Part shown: one piece after another, positions 1-12,140 of the stretch | Position numbering within the stretch: the stretch's first letter is position 1 | Layout: each line of letters starts with the position of its first letter | Assembly (NCBI GenBank): GCA_013239625.1 | Contig: MU054001.1 | Span: forward strand, 2,920,151 to 2,984,150 | Direction of reading: 5' to 3' | Length of the DNA stretch: 64,000 nucleotides | Origin: Lama guanicoe | Lineage: Eukaryota | Notes under the pieces: generated by a model | What the model saw: the letters and a program-made list of their open reading frames with translations, nothing else | What the model was told of the DNA's origin: nothing | Database searches by the model: none | Program-made: the position numbers and the translations under genes

Positions 1-1229
1 ATCAAATTATCCAGTAGACAAATTGTTTCTTCACTGCCTTTTCATTGAATAGACCTGACCAATATAGTCCTGGTTCATTCCTTTTTAGGTGGGAGGGTAG
101 GGAAGAGTAAAAGAAGCCCCAAAGATGTATTTACTGTACTGTGGGCTGGAGGAAAATATTACAAAGCATTTGGAAAAGCCTGTCTGAATTTTAACTCTGA
201 TCAAAAAGCTATTTCCACTAGGCCTCAACCCAGGGGCCGACATCTTGTCCGCTGGTTGCACGTTCTTCCTGCAAGTTGGCTGTACGCTCTTTGATGGCAT
301 TTCTCTAACTTCTCACTCAGTGAGGTTCAAGGAAGTCCCACAAGTGAAGACTGTTTGTGTCAGCATCCAGTTTCTGCAAGTTCAGTAATGGTAGAGTTCC
401 GCTTGTTTTCCCTGTGCTTTCAGTCATTGGCATCAGAGTTTTTGATGATCTGAAGGAAGACTGAGCCCTTTTATTGGTTCAGAATCGGCATTAATTTTCT
501 CTGCTTGGGAATAGTGAAGAACATTTGATAACTGTCTTGAAAGCCACATACTTCTTCTTGGACTAGAAGGTTAGATCCCACAGGCCTGGAATCCCTGGTG
601 GAACTGGGTGGCTGGTGGCAACATGGCAGGAGTTTGGGAGGACTGCTGGGGCCACTGGGCCACATAAACACTTAGAAGGCAGCAGGGGAAAGCAGGACAG
701 AGTGGAGGCAGGACCTGGGGGCAGTCTGAAGCCTCCCAGCCTGTGGAGGATCTGGCTCTGGGTGGTTGAGTATTAGTCGGTTTGAAGCGGGAAAACTCGA
801 CACCCTCTTGAAAGAATATCTGGGCTGGATTCTCTCTGAAGGAGGCCTGAATATAGTAGGACATTACTCACCCTCCTGCATGCCCGATCTTCTGGTCTTG
901 TATGTCTGGATGAGACAAGGGGCTCAGGAAAATCTTTGCCCCAAAGTTACACTTTACAGAAGTGGGATCTGTGGGTATAGCAAGTCTGTGGGATCCTATA
1001 TGATGCAGGGCTGCCTTCCTCCCCAATCTTGTCTTATAACACTCCCGCCTTGTTTCCTCTTTCTAGGCATATGAGCCTTCTTTTATATCCCCCACAATCT
1101 GTGGCAACTTCTACCCCAGCACCTTGACACACACTGTTTTCTCAGGAATGATCTCTCTGGACACCACTGGCCTCCTTCCCTCACCTTCATCTTTGCCTCC
1201 TAACTCCCTTCCATCCCTCAGGCATGAAT

Positions 1230-1465
1230 TTAGGAGCAGCTTCCTCAGGGACCTCTGCTTATCCCTCATGTTATGTGAGGTCCCCTGTAACGTGCAGATT
1301 TGCACGGTGTTCTTGAACATCAACTTTGCAGCACTGTGTACGCTCATAATCATTTGATAAATGCTTTTGTTTATTTAAGGTCAATGTCACCTGCCAGGCT
1401 GTAAGAACAATATGGGACCACTGCTCAGTGCCTGGCACAGTGTAAGTGCTCCATACTTACTGACT
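1230..1465 (+). mobile_element. L2 LINE 3' fragment
   Basis: Ends in the L2-type terminus CAGTGCCTGGCACAGTGTAAGTGCTCCATACTTACTGA; heavily decayed. Confidence 0.55.
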
Positions 1466-1939
1466 CAAGGGCCGACAGCCAAATGGAGAAACATCTCTTT
1501 CTTTGGGAAGAGGCAGCCAAGAACGCTGGATAGGACTTTGGTCTGAAAGTCAAGAATTCTAGGCCCTAGTCCCAGTCCTGAAGTTAATTTCTTGGGTGAC
1601 TTTGAATAGAGTATAACAAGAAAAAAATGCCTTGGAATTCCTAATACCATGGCAAAGGAAGAGATTTAGAAAAGGAGAGAGAAGAGCTATTTGGTTCAAC
1701 AATACAAAAATTACTAATATTTTACCTTTAAAAAAAACAAAACTTACTGAGGTGGCAATTTTATATAGTTTAAACTAATGGAATAGCAAGTCTCTGTATA
1801 AGCCCCTTTCAGCTCTGTCAAGGGGTCATGGGGTTTTGTCTGCAAGCCCAGGGTCCCATTCTCAGTAGGTTTCCTTCCAAGATGGTTGGGTCAGACCATA
1901 GAGTAGGACACAGAGAGCTGGCTCTAACTAGCCCTTTTG

Positions 1940-2430
1940 CGCAGTGCAGCCACTGCCCCGAAATCACATTCTCTCTCTCCTAGTCATAAACCCCAACTCT
2001 TCACTTTGAACATGCTTTGAAAAGATTATCTTTTTCCATGTTCTCACGCCTGCCCCTCGGCCTTTGTGAAGCAATTTCCACAGAAACGATGGTCTGCCAC
2101 CAAATAAGAGTTTACTAAGAATAAAAATTGAATTTCGTCCGCCTGTTGACAAGCTGATTGATCTGGGGGCTCTCGTGACTGAATCCTCTCCTAAGCACAT
2201 TCTCATTTATCATGTGCGAGATTGTTTCAGAATCAATACCAGCCCTGAGCAGACACATCTCTGTTGGGGACCCGTCAGGCCCACAGCCTTCCCTGTAATA
2301 CTGCTAATTTTTTTGACAGAATTATTTCAACAGTTAAATCGTTCTAGGTCTGTTATTCCCAGCCTTCCACTGGAATTGTTTGTTGAGGTCATAATTTTTA
2401 ATATATTTCTTGTAAATGCTGCACCTTGAG
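1940..2430. promoter_or_regulatory. Candidate conserved non-coding element/enhancer
   Basis: No recognisable repeat; several CpGs; GTCATAAA at 1983-1990, TGACAA at 2147-2152 next to TGATTGAT at 2155-2162. Confidence 0.35.
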
Positions 2431-2589
2431 GGGTTTGTCCTTTTTCTTATGAGATTAATTTCTTACCCCTGTTATCTTTCATCAAAAATCTGTGGTTGAG
2501 AGTGAGGTCAGATTTTTAGGATGTCATTCAGATGCAACTCTATACACAACCTGCATCACAGGACAGGAGTGAGAGTAAGTAGGAGTAGG

Positions 2590-2720
2590 GAGGGATAAGG
2601 CAACTTGACTTCACAGTACTGCATGGACTAGCTGTGTGGCTTTGGCAATTGTCTTTCCCTCTCTGAGCCTCATTTTAAGAGACTGGGTCAGATGAAGTCT
2701 TAAGTACTCGTCTGTGTCAA
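2590..2720 (+). mobile_element. MIR SINE fragment
   Basis: CORE-like CTAGCTGTGTGGCTTTGGCAATTGTCTTTCCCTCTCTGAGCCTCATTTT. Confidence 0.55.
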
Positions 2721-2739
2721 ACAGACTATTTGTCCAAAT

Positions 2740-2845
2740 CAGAAGCTGTGAACTGGAGGTTCATGGGTAGGATTCGATCTGCAGATGGGTTTCATTTGGC
2801 CTCCAAAGTATCTGTTTTTTGTTTGTTTAATTTGATTAGCTTTTT
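2740..2845 (+). mobile_element. MER102-like hAT-Charlie MITE, 5' part (split by L1)
   Basis: CAGAAGCTGTGAACTGG...GATCTGCAGATGGGTTTCATTTGGCC resembles the recalled MER102 start. Confidence 0.55.
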
Positions 2846-2859
2846 TCCTACTTTATTTT

Positions 2860-5175
2860 AAAAGTTAATTTGTTACTATTTTAAATTTACATACAGTACA
2901 ACACACTCTTTCTGTTATACGCTCTTTTTGGCATGAGTTTTGACACATGCATGAATTCTTGCACCCACTGCACACAGGATACAGAACAAGTCTAACAACC
3001 CAAAGAATTCCTTCATGTTTCTCCTTGATCATGAAGCCCTGCCCCTGACAACCACTGACGTGTTCTTTATTTCTATGATTTTGTCTTTTCCAGAATGTTT
3101 TAAAAAATAAAATGATACAGTTGTATAATGTTTTGAGGCCAAATACTTTCATTTAGCACAGTTCACTTGAGATTCATCCATGTTGTATATGTCAATGATT
3201 TTCCTCCTTTTAAATAGTGTTCCACTGCATGAATCTAGTACTGTCTTTTCCACCCCTTCATCTACTGAAGGATATTTGGGCTTTTTTGAGTATTTTTATG
3301 GTTATGAATAATGGTGGCATGAACATTTGTGTGTAGTTTTTGTGTGTGTGTGAACATAAGTTTCTGTTTCTTTAGTATAAGTATCTCCAAGTAGAATTGC
3401 TGAATCTGATGGTAAGTGTTTTTCAACTTTTTAAGGAGCTGCCAGCATGTTTTTCAGATATTTGTACTATCTTTCATTCCCGCCAGCAATGTGTGAGAAT
3501 TCCTGTCCCTCTGCATCCTCACTGACACTTGATATTGTCAGTATTTTTTTATTTTATTCATTCTAATAGGTATGTAGTAGTATCTCATTTTAATATTTAG
3601 TTTCCTAATGACTAATGACATTTAGCATCTTCTGTTTATTTGGCATCATATGTCTTCTTTGATGAAGTGGTTGTTCAAATATTTCACTTGTTTTTTTAAA
3701 TTGGTTGTTTATTTACTTTTGGGTTTTAACAGTTTTTTAAAAAATATTTTCTGGATATAAGTCTTTTGTTGAATATGTAATTTACAAATAATTTCTCCCA
3801 GTCCTTGGTTTGTCTTTTTAGTCTCTTAATTATGTTATTTATGGGGAAAAAAAGGTGTTTAATTTTGATAAAGACCCATCATTTTTTCTGTTTATCATTT
3901 TTTTCTTTTGTGTACTGTGCTTTTGCTGTCATATCTAAGAAGTCTTTGCCTTACCCTACATCATGAAGATTTAATTCTGTGTTTCCTTCTAAAAGTTTTA
4001 TAGCATTATGTTTTATATTTAGGCCCATGACACGTTTCAAGTTAATTTTTATCTTTCTTTTGCATATAGATAGCCAGTTTTTTATAGCACCACTAATTGA
4101 CAGCATTATCCTTTTTCCTTTTGAATTGTTGTCAAAAATTTAAAAATCAGTTGATGACATTTATGTACACTAGAAAGTGTCTTTTTTTTTTGTTCTATTC
4201 CATTGGTCTATGGGTCTATCATTTCACCAACGCCACACTGTCTTGACTACCACTGTTTTATAATACATCTTAGAATTTGGTAGTGTGAATCCTCCAACTT
4301 TGTCCTTCTTCAAAATTGTTTTGACTATTCTGACTGTTTTCATAATAAATTTTAGAATTATCTAGTGTGTATGTACAGGGAAGCCTGCTGGGGTTCTGAT
4401 TGAGATTGCATTAAATTTATTAATGAATTTGGGGAGAACTGACAGGTTGACTATGTTGAATCTTTCGCTCCATGGGCACAGTATGTCTCTCTGTTTATTT
4501 AGGTCTTCTCGGATTTGGGTCATCAGCATTATGTGGTTTTAGTATATAGATCCTGCACATATTCATGTTAGATTTACATCTATAATTTCATTTTTGTGAG
4601 CTATTGTAAATAGTACTGTTTTAAAATATTTTATTTGCAGTAGTTTGTTCATTGCTAGTATATAAGAATACAACTGATTTCTGTATATTGATCTTTTATT
4701 CTGCAATCTTGCCTAACTCACTTATTAGTTCTAGGAATTTTTTTTTTGGTAGATTCCTGGTGATTTTTCCATGTAGAAAATCATACATGGATTCTTTTAC
4801 ATAGGGCTATTTTAATTTTTTTTCAAATTTGAGTGCCTTTTATTTCTCTTTCTAGACTTATTGAATTTGCTAGGACTTCTAGAACATCATTGAATAGGAG
4901 TGTAAAAGTGGATATCCTTGACTAGTTCCTGATCTCTTATGGAGAAAACATTCAATATGATGTTGGCTGTAAGATTCTTCATAGACAGTATTTATTGTTT
5001 CCTTCTAGTCTTAGTTTTCTGAGAGTTTTTATTAGAAATGAGTGTTGAACTTTGTCAAATGCTTTTTATGCATCTATGATATAATCATATAATGTGATAA
5101 ATTGCAGTGATTGATTTTTGAGAGTTGAATCAGCTTTGTAATCCTGTAATAACCTCCACTTGGTCATCAATGTAT
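2860..5175 (-). mobile_element. Old 5'-truncated L1 (L1MC/L1MD-like), ORF2 3' half plus 3' UTR, decayed
   Basis: ~2.3 kb T-rich antisense L1 sequence, e.g. TTCCCGCCAGCAATGTGTGAGAATTCC, TTTCCTAATGACTAATGAC, TTGAATAGGAGTGTAAAAGTGGATATCCTTG. Confidence 0.9.
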
Positions 5176-5184
5176 TTTTTTAAT

Positions 5185-5345
5185 GTAGCACATTTTAAAT
5201 GAACACTTAGAATTTTTAGTTTCTCTTAAAAATTCAGATCTGGCAACACTGAGTCAGAAATCCTGCCTGGTGACAAACTAGAGTTGACAAGAGACTATCC
5301 TCTCATAGCCTGATAGTTGCCCTCAGTAAACCACAGTAGAGGTCA
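5185..5345 (+). mobile_element. MER102-like MITE, 3' part
   Basis: TTTCTCTTAAAAATTCAGATCTGGCAACACTGAG continues the recalled MER102 consensus after the L1. Confidence 0.55.
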
Positions 5346-6182
5346 GAGTCTAAACTTATTTATCATGGCATGTGGACTCCGTTTTTTTTCTTAAAATAGA
5401 GAAATCACCACGTCTCCAAAAAAGTAGAAAGCAAAAGATAGACAAAATGTTGTCTATCTTTTCTATAACTTTAGGGAAGTCATCACTACTCCCAGGTGTT
5501 TTCTTATCCTTGCCTACTTCCATCCCAATTGTCACCACCTTAACTCCTGTAGGTATTTAGACTGGAAACGCTAAATAAATAGTCCAGGTACCACTCCCTG
5601 TGTCTGTCTAGTACACAACCATGCTAGACCTCTGAAGGGGTCCAGATTTACTGTAAGGGAACATCCAGCACAGAATTCTTTATGAGGTTTGCAACTTGGA
5701 CAATTGCCTTACAGTGAAGCCCCATTTCATTTCTTTTATAACCAGTCATCATCGTGATTCCCAGGTCCTAGTTTGATGATCTTCTATTTTCCGTACTTCA
5801 TTTATTTTTAATCGAACTACCTATTTATTTACCATATATTTGATTCCAAAGAGGGGATGATGCATTTGTCCCATAGAGCAATTCCCTCAGAACATCCTTT
5901 TAAGCCTACAATAAAAACCATTTCCCAAAACAAGCATTTCTCTTTTGTGCCATTTTGTCTCACTCATGTTAACTCCTTCTGACTGGGGTGTCTTTTCTAG
6001 TTCTTCTTTTATATCTGATGGTATCTACTAACTCCCAGCACTCTGAGCAACCTCCTGACTCTCAAAGGAAGAGTTAATTTTGCTCTCCTCTAGGTCTTGC
6101 TACCTTGTTTCTCCTGCTTTTGAAGTTCATCATACTGTCATCATCTGACAGTTTTAATCGTGATTCTAAAACTAACTTTAAA

Positions 6183-6612
6183 TGTTTTTTATTGAAGTTT
6201 AGTTGATTTACAATATTGCGTTAGTTTCAAGTGTACAACATAGTGATTCAGTATTTTTGTAGGTTGTATTTCATTTTAAGTTCTTACGAGGTAATGAGTA
6301 TAACTCCGTGTGATATACAGGAAATCCTTGTTGTTTATCTATTTTATATATAGTAGTTTGCATCTGTTAATCCCATATCCCTAATTTGTCCCCTCTCCTT
6401 TCCCTCTCCCCTTTGGTAACCACAAGTTTATTTTCTATGTCTGTGAGCCTGTTTTTGTTTTGTATATAGATTCATGTGTATTATTTTTTAGATCCCACAT
6501 ATAAGTGATGTCATATAATATTTATCTTTCTCTGTCTGACTTATTTCACTAAGCATAACATTCTCTAGGTCCATCCGTGTTACTGCAAATGGTAGTCTTT
6601 CATTCTTTTATT
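6183..6612 (-). mobile_element. Cetartiodactyl-type L1 3' end, 5'-truncated
   Basis: TTTTTTATTGAAGTTTAGTTGATTTACAATATTG...CCCTTTGGTAACCACAAGTTT...; collinear with the copy at 27.1-27.5 kb. Confidence 0.85.
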
Positions 6613-6614
6613 AA

Positions 6615-7545
6615 AAGGCAAAATATGCACACTGTAAACAAAAAGATCAGAGTTTCTGAAAAGATGTACAGTAAAACCTAAGTTTTCCTCCCACTTTTAA
6701 CCCCACATCCCCTGGTACTTCTCCCCAGAGGAGACCACTTTTCCCAGTCCCTTGTATATCCTTCTTGAGGTCCTCTGTGAAGAGTATGCATCAATTACAC
6801 TAGTACACAAATTAGCATACTATACCCAGTTCCTCACTTTGCTTTTCTTGTCACTGAAAATCTGTTTTGAAATATTATATGTTGAAAATATATCTTGAAG
6901 ATTTTTCTACTTCAGCACATTCATTCATCCAAACATTATTGAATGCCTGCTATATGCCAGCACTGCTCTAGCCTCTAAGGATGTAAGTTTGAACAAAAAG
7001 ATACAATCACTACCCTCAGTGATTTATTCCACAATACAAAACAAAAGCATTATGTATGTGTGTGTGTGTGTGTGTGTGTATACACAATGCATATATTTAT
7101 GTATATGTAATATACTTAATATATTATGTTATATAACATAATGTACATTGTGACAGATGGTACTGTTATAGTAGAAAATAAAGCCAGGTCAGGAGATAGG
7201 AAATGTTCGGAGATGGAGCTGCAACATTAAATTGAGTGGTCAGGAAAGGCCTCACTGAGAAGATGACCTCTCTCCTGGGGCAGGAGTCCTGCACCTGGTA
7301 TATACAGATGACCTCCTTCTTTGTAAATCCAGCGTAGTATTCTCAGTGTATGTTATATGGCATATTTGCCAATCCATGATTAAGAGACTTCTGGGGTGTT
7401 TTCATTCTACGGCCAATAAACAAAGATTCAAGAATTATCTTTGCAACCACTCTTTGCGTAAAAGTACAAATTTGACTATAGTGGGGGAAAATTCTTAAAA
7501 GTATAGTTGCTGTACCAGAAGAAAATATTATGTGTGCACATTTCT
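6615..7545 (-). mobile_element. Decayed L1ME-like 3' UTR fragments flanking an L2 fragment
   Basis: CTCCCCAGAGGAGACCACTTTTCCCAGTCCCTTGTATATCC and GTATTCTCAGTGTATGTTATATGG are typical antisense L1ME motifs. Confidence 0.5.
6918..7270 (-). mobile_element. L2 3' fragment with internal (TG)n
   Basis: ATTCATTCATCCAAACATTATTGAATGCCTGCTATATGCCAGCACTG...GGTCAGGAAAGGCCTCACTGAGAAG. Confidence 0.7.
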
Positions 7546-8469
7546 GTGTTACCCATGAGGCTGAATTTCTTGAGGATAGAGACCATACCTTAGACATCTT
7601 TGAGTGTCCTGAGGCAAGAGGGTGTTTTTAATTTGAACATATAAACAGCTCAGAACTGACAAGGAACAGAATTGTTTGAGCATGGCTTTTCATTCCTCTA
7701 GTGAGCACTCAAGCTTCCCCAGCCCCCCAGACTGTATCCTCTAGCTTCAATATACAGCTACCCCCTTGGACCTGCTGACCTGGCTGAACTTCATTTGGGA
7801 GCTTACCTAGGAGAGTAAGTGAAAAATTTCTCCTATTAAGCAATGAACAGAATGTTTTCTCCTCTGCATAGAATGGACATTATATTCTCAGGATGTTAAG
7901 CCTTGAAGGCTCAGCCCAAAGAACAAAAAGAATAATTCACTCCATATATTTAAGCACTTTAAAACATATAAGTGTCTCCTTCCCAAAGCCCTTTTTTGGG
8001 GGTATCCAAAGGAGTCTTACCTTAAGGTCAAGGTAACTAAGAAAATCGGCACATTCCAAGGACTGTTGAACGTTTAAAGTTAAAATCAGTTTAGGGAAAA
8101 AACAAAGTGCAAAAAACAGAAACTCTCCCAGAAAAGGCATGATGGATATGTAGCAGCTTAAGACCTGATAATATTTTCAGAGGACGTCAGAACATTTACA
8201 ATTATTCAGTGCTTAGAGCTCACTTGCTCCCTGGCATTATCTTTGTTGGTCATAAAGGGAAGTATCCTTGAAGCGGATAGGGAAATGTCATCTCATAAAT
8301 ATGATAAGCAAGCTCTTTGCTCTTAGTTTGGTTGAGGAGGTAAGGGGAGCATATACAAATAAGCAAGTCAACTATAAACAGCTGGATGATATGCCTGCAT
8401 TTTTAGGGAAGGCGATCCTTGCTGGTGTTCCTGAAGTCTGGTACTCCTGAGCAGGGCAACAAGAAGTGA

Positions 8470-8860
8470 TTTCTATTAAGCCCTCATATCTTATTATTTT
8501 TATAACATAAACTGCCGTTAGGCCTTCCCGCGGAATAGACGATGATGATAATTTACACATGCTGGACAGATAAATGATTCAATTCTTAGTTACAAGAGAC
8601 TGTTGACAGTGATTACTGATGCTCATTTCTTTCACGCACATTATGTGGGGCAGGAAACGCCAGGTTTAGAGGCCTTTCATGTTTTTTCAAAGTAAATCAG
8701 TCACTCACATAATAATTATTTATTATTCCACATTGGCAGACAGTTGGATGCGTTTATGACAGTTAAGAGCTCTACACAAAATGCTGCAAAGTGTTGCAGC
8801 TGATAAAATATTTTACAGCACAGGAGATAGCAACAATAATTAGAAGGCCTTGGTACACAA
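8470..8860. promoter_or_regulatory. Candidate conserved non-coding element/enhancer
   Basis: Repeat-free and AT-rich with retained CpGs; GTAAATCA at 8692-8699, TTTATGACAG at 8753-8762, several TAAT/ATTA cores. Confidence 0.45.
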
Positions 8861-9405
8861 TGAAAGAAAAAACTGCAGTTTCCCCAGTGACTCCTGGCTG
8901 GTTTTCACCAATACCTTTGCCTCGTTCCAGGCTGAAATTCTGGTGTTCACCTAAGATTTGGATTCAGACCACCAGGGATCTTTGCAAAGAGCCTTCTTCC
9001 CTAAATATCATCCATCCACCCACCTGTCTGTATATTCCATTTTCACTCATGCACTCCACTTTAATTAAGCATTTTCTATGCGCCAAGTATCCTACTAAGT
9101 CCTTCATATAATCTTATCTCGCTGGAGGGACCCTTGCCTGAGAACTGTGTGAACTCTAGTTTTAATTGTAAATGGTGTACCTCTTCCAGTTCCCTGCCTA
9201 GCTGTACTCCAGATGTTCAGCAGAGTCAGGTTTCCATGAAAAGAGAAAATTTCATGTCTTGATTCTTTTGTCACAGTATTTGGTTAATGTTACTTTACTT
9301 CTTAAATCTTATTTCTTTTTGAAAACACATTGCAAAAGAAAAACCAATGGAAAGTAAGTTCCCTTCACATCGCTGACTTCCAGTTGCCCATCCGAATTAT
9401 CTGAA

Positions 9406-10016
9406 CAGTAAGTCCTGCTGTGATTCAACATATGTATTCCTAGAAATCACATTATGCAAAATCACACAAGAAAAACCACAGGCCTTATGGGAGAAATGGG
9501 GGTAAGGGTACAACACCCTAAAACATCAATGACATGTTTTTAAAAAATTTAAAAACCATAGACTCTATTAAAAATAGCAGCAGAGTGTTAAACATGTTAA
9601 GTGGCTAAAAAATATAAAAGTACTACAATAATATGGCACTTTGGCTTGCAAAAGACCTAGAGTCTGCTTGTAGAAGTGGATGTTGGAAGGGATGTAGGTT
9701 GTGAGTTTCTGTGAGTTAGTAAAAGGAAGAGCACCTGAAATCTGATGGAAACTTCAAACATGAGATGTGGTTAGGTGTGTCTCATAACACAAGGTGAGCC
9801 AAAGTAGCTGGTAGATGTCCAAGGCGATTGCACGTGTGGGTTTTGTATATTCCTACATGGCTCCCATCAGTAAGGTGCAGTTTTCTGTGTTCACCTAGTG
9901 TTTCTTGCAGAAGAAATTATGCATAAGAAAAATTCACATGATATTTGAATTGTTCCACAATAGAGCAATCACACTGGGAAAAAACTTGTGTTTTCAAAAT
10001 TGCATACATGAGACTG
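9406..10016 (-). mobile_element. Tigger13a-like TcMar-Tigger DNA transposon remnant
   Basis: CAGT...ACTG termini; reverse complement GAAACACTAGGTGAACACAGAAAACTGCACC...GTAGGAATATACAAAAC matches recalled Tigger13a. Confidence 0.7.
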
Positions 10017-10269
10017 TGTCTTTTACTTTCAAAATAAACTTTAAGGTAGAGTAGCTCCTTTTTAAAATGTTGACAATACATAAACATAGAAAATGTGTGT
10101 TACCTTTAATCCCAAAATGAACACAGTGGGTTTTTTTTTGTATCTGTCTCTATTTTTAAGATGTTTTATTTACGTGTGTAATTAACCATACCTGAGAGAG
10201 TCTACCAAAGGAATTTATTGAATTCAAGTAGAGTTGTTTCCATGATAAATGATAACACTTCCTAAAGAA

Positions 10270-10637
10270 TTTGTTTTATAGTTTCAAGTTTTACATTTAA
10301 GTCTTCACTCTGTTTTGAGTTTATTTTTTCACATGATTTGAGAAAATAGTCCAGTCTGATTCTTTTCCTTGAAGCTGTCTAGTTTTCCCATCATCATCAC
10401 TTTTAACTGAAAAGGCTGACTTTTCCCCATTGTATATTTTTGTGATAGATTAATTGATCCTACAAGTGTGAATTTATTTCTGGTCTCTCTGTTTTGTTCC
10501 ATGGATCTATGTATCTGTTTTTTTTTGTACCAGTACCATTCTACTTTGATTACTGTAGCTTTGTAGTATAGTTTAAAATCAGGGCGCATGGTACTTCCAG
10601 CTTTGTTCTTTTTCAGGATAGCTTTGGCTACTCAGGA
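10270..10637 (-). mobile_element. L1 ORF2 C-terminal fragment (decayed)
   Basis: ORF 10329-10589 translates [21 protein letters not shown], matching the L1 ORF2p motif [19 protein letters not shown]. Confidence 0.9.
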
Positions 10638-10639
10638 TT

Positions 10640-10787
10640 GGTAGCTAACGAGTCTAGAGTTTCTTTTTAGGAAGATAAAGTTGCCCTAAATTTGCGCATA
10701 TCTACGAATATACTAAAAACACTGAATTGTATGCTTTAAATAGGTAAATGGTATGGTATGTGAATTATACCTCAACAAAGCTGTTAG
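10640..10787 (+). mobile_element. L1MB-like extreme 3' end
   Basis: GAATATACTAAAAACACTGAATTGTATGCTTTAAA...GTATGTGAATTATACCTCAACAAAGCTGTT. Confidence 0.75.
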
Positions 10788-11049
10788 AGAATTAACTTTA
10801 TTTTAGGTTTTATCCCTGTAACATTTGTGAAAGGAGGCACCAAGATCTCCATGTTCTTTGAAGTTCATTATTGTGATAAACTCAGCTGAGTCTGATGTGT
10901 GGAGGTGATGATCCTCAGAAATCTAGATGTTTGGATGCTATTCATGTTGCTGTTCCACAGACAAGCCTGCTGGTCCCTTTCTGCTGTCATCTCTCTACTG
11001 GCATCTTGCCATCTTCATTTTAGCATGTTCCATGGCTGCCTGTGGTATG

Positions 11050-11900
11050 TCACCAGTCTTTTCAAGAAAAGCATATGGGAGGCTTGTTTTCTGAACTCTT
11101 CTATATCTGAGAATACCCTTCTGTTGTCTTCCCCTAAACAAGACAATTTAGGTGGGTAGAAAAATATTAGGTTACCATCACCTTTTCTCTCCAAAGTCTG
11201 TAGCTTTGATAATGTTGTTTTTGAACTTCAAAAGTTTCAAAGAAATTCAAGAGCAGCCTGATTTTGTTCCTTTGAAGAAATCATGGTTATTGCTTGAACA
11301 CTTACAGTAATTTTCTTTGTACTTAAAATTTGGAAGTGTCATCAGGATGAGATTTATCATTCGTCTGTTTCACTGATTTTTGCTGGACGATGGTGAACCA
11401 TTCTGATACACATGTGTTTTATCAGCTCAGAGACTTGGATAACTGTGGGCATTTGCATAGTTCCAACTGTTTTGACTTCTTCCCTTAGAAGACCTTTTTA
11501 AAAAATGTCGTAAAATTTGTCTCTCTATTCTTTATCTTCCACACCTATTATCTTGAGCATTGTTTTTCTTTGGGATTTTCGGGGGAGCATCTCAGTTTCA
11601 TCGTCCGCCCACTGCCGTACTTCATGCTGCCCCAGTTCCACCTTCACTGCCCCTTGTGAGAGCTTGTGCTCTCTAGTTTACATCTTCCTTTCATCTTAAC
11701 ATGTTCTGGTCTTTATGACTTTATACTTCAGCTTCAAAGAAGCTATGGCTTATGGTTGTCTTCTAAATAGAAAATAGTTTTCAAAGGTTATAGGGCTTTT
11801 ATAGTAAATACTTTCCAAATTCTGATTTTCCTTTAGGTCTTCAGAATAGCAAAGCTGTATTTTCTCTTCATTGTTTCACGGGTTTTAATTTTTCCATGGA
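11050..11900 (-). mobile_element. Very old L1 ORF1/HAL1-like remnant
   Basis: TTCTGAACTCTTCTATATCTGAGAATACCCTTCTGTTGTCTTC...GGTGGGTAGAAAAATATTAGG resembles antisense L1 ORF1. Confidence 0.45.
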
Positions 11901-11924
11901 CTCAACCACAAATGATGTAATAGA

Positions 11925-12140
11925 GTTCTTAAAAGTACAAACTCAGATATTTAACAGTCTGCATTCAAATCTTAACTCTCGCAATTACTCTCTATGTATC
12001 TTTGGAGTAGTTAAGTATACCCTTCTAGGTTAAGTTCCATCATTCGTACAACAAGAATAGTTATGTGCGTAATGGAGTAGTTTTCAGTATTAAATGAGAT
12101 AATACATAGAAAGCACTTAGCACAGTGCCTGACGTGTAGT
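11925..12140 (+). mobile_element. MIR SINE
   Basis: ATTAAATGAGATAATACATAGAAAGCACTTAGCACAGTGCCTGAC tail with upstream B-box-like TTCAAATC. Confidence 0.75.

Noticed and set aside
10329..10589. ORF with real protein similarity
   Set aside because: It is a frameshifted L1 ORF2p fragment, not a host gene.
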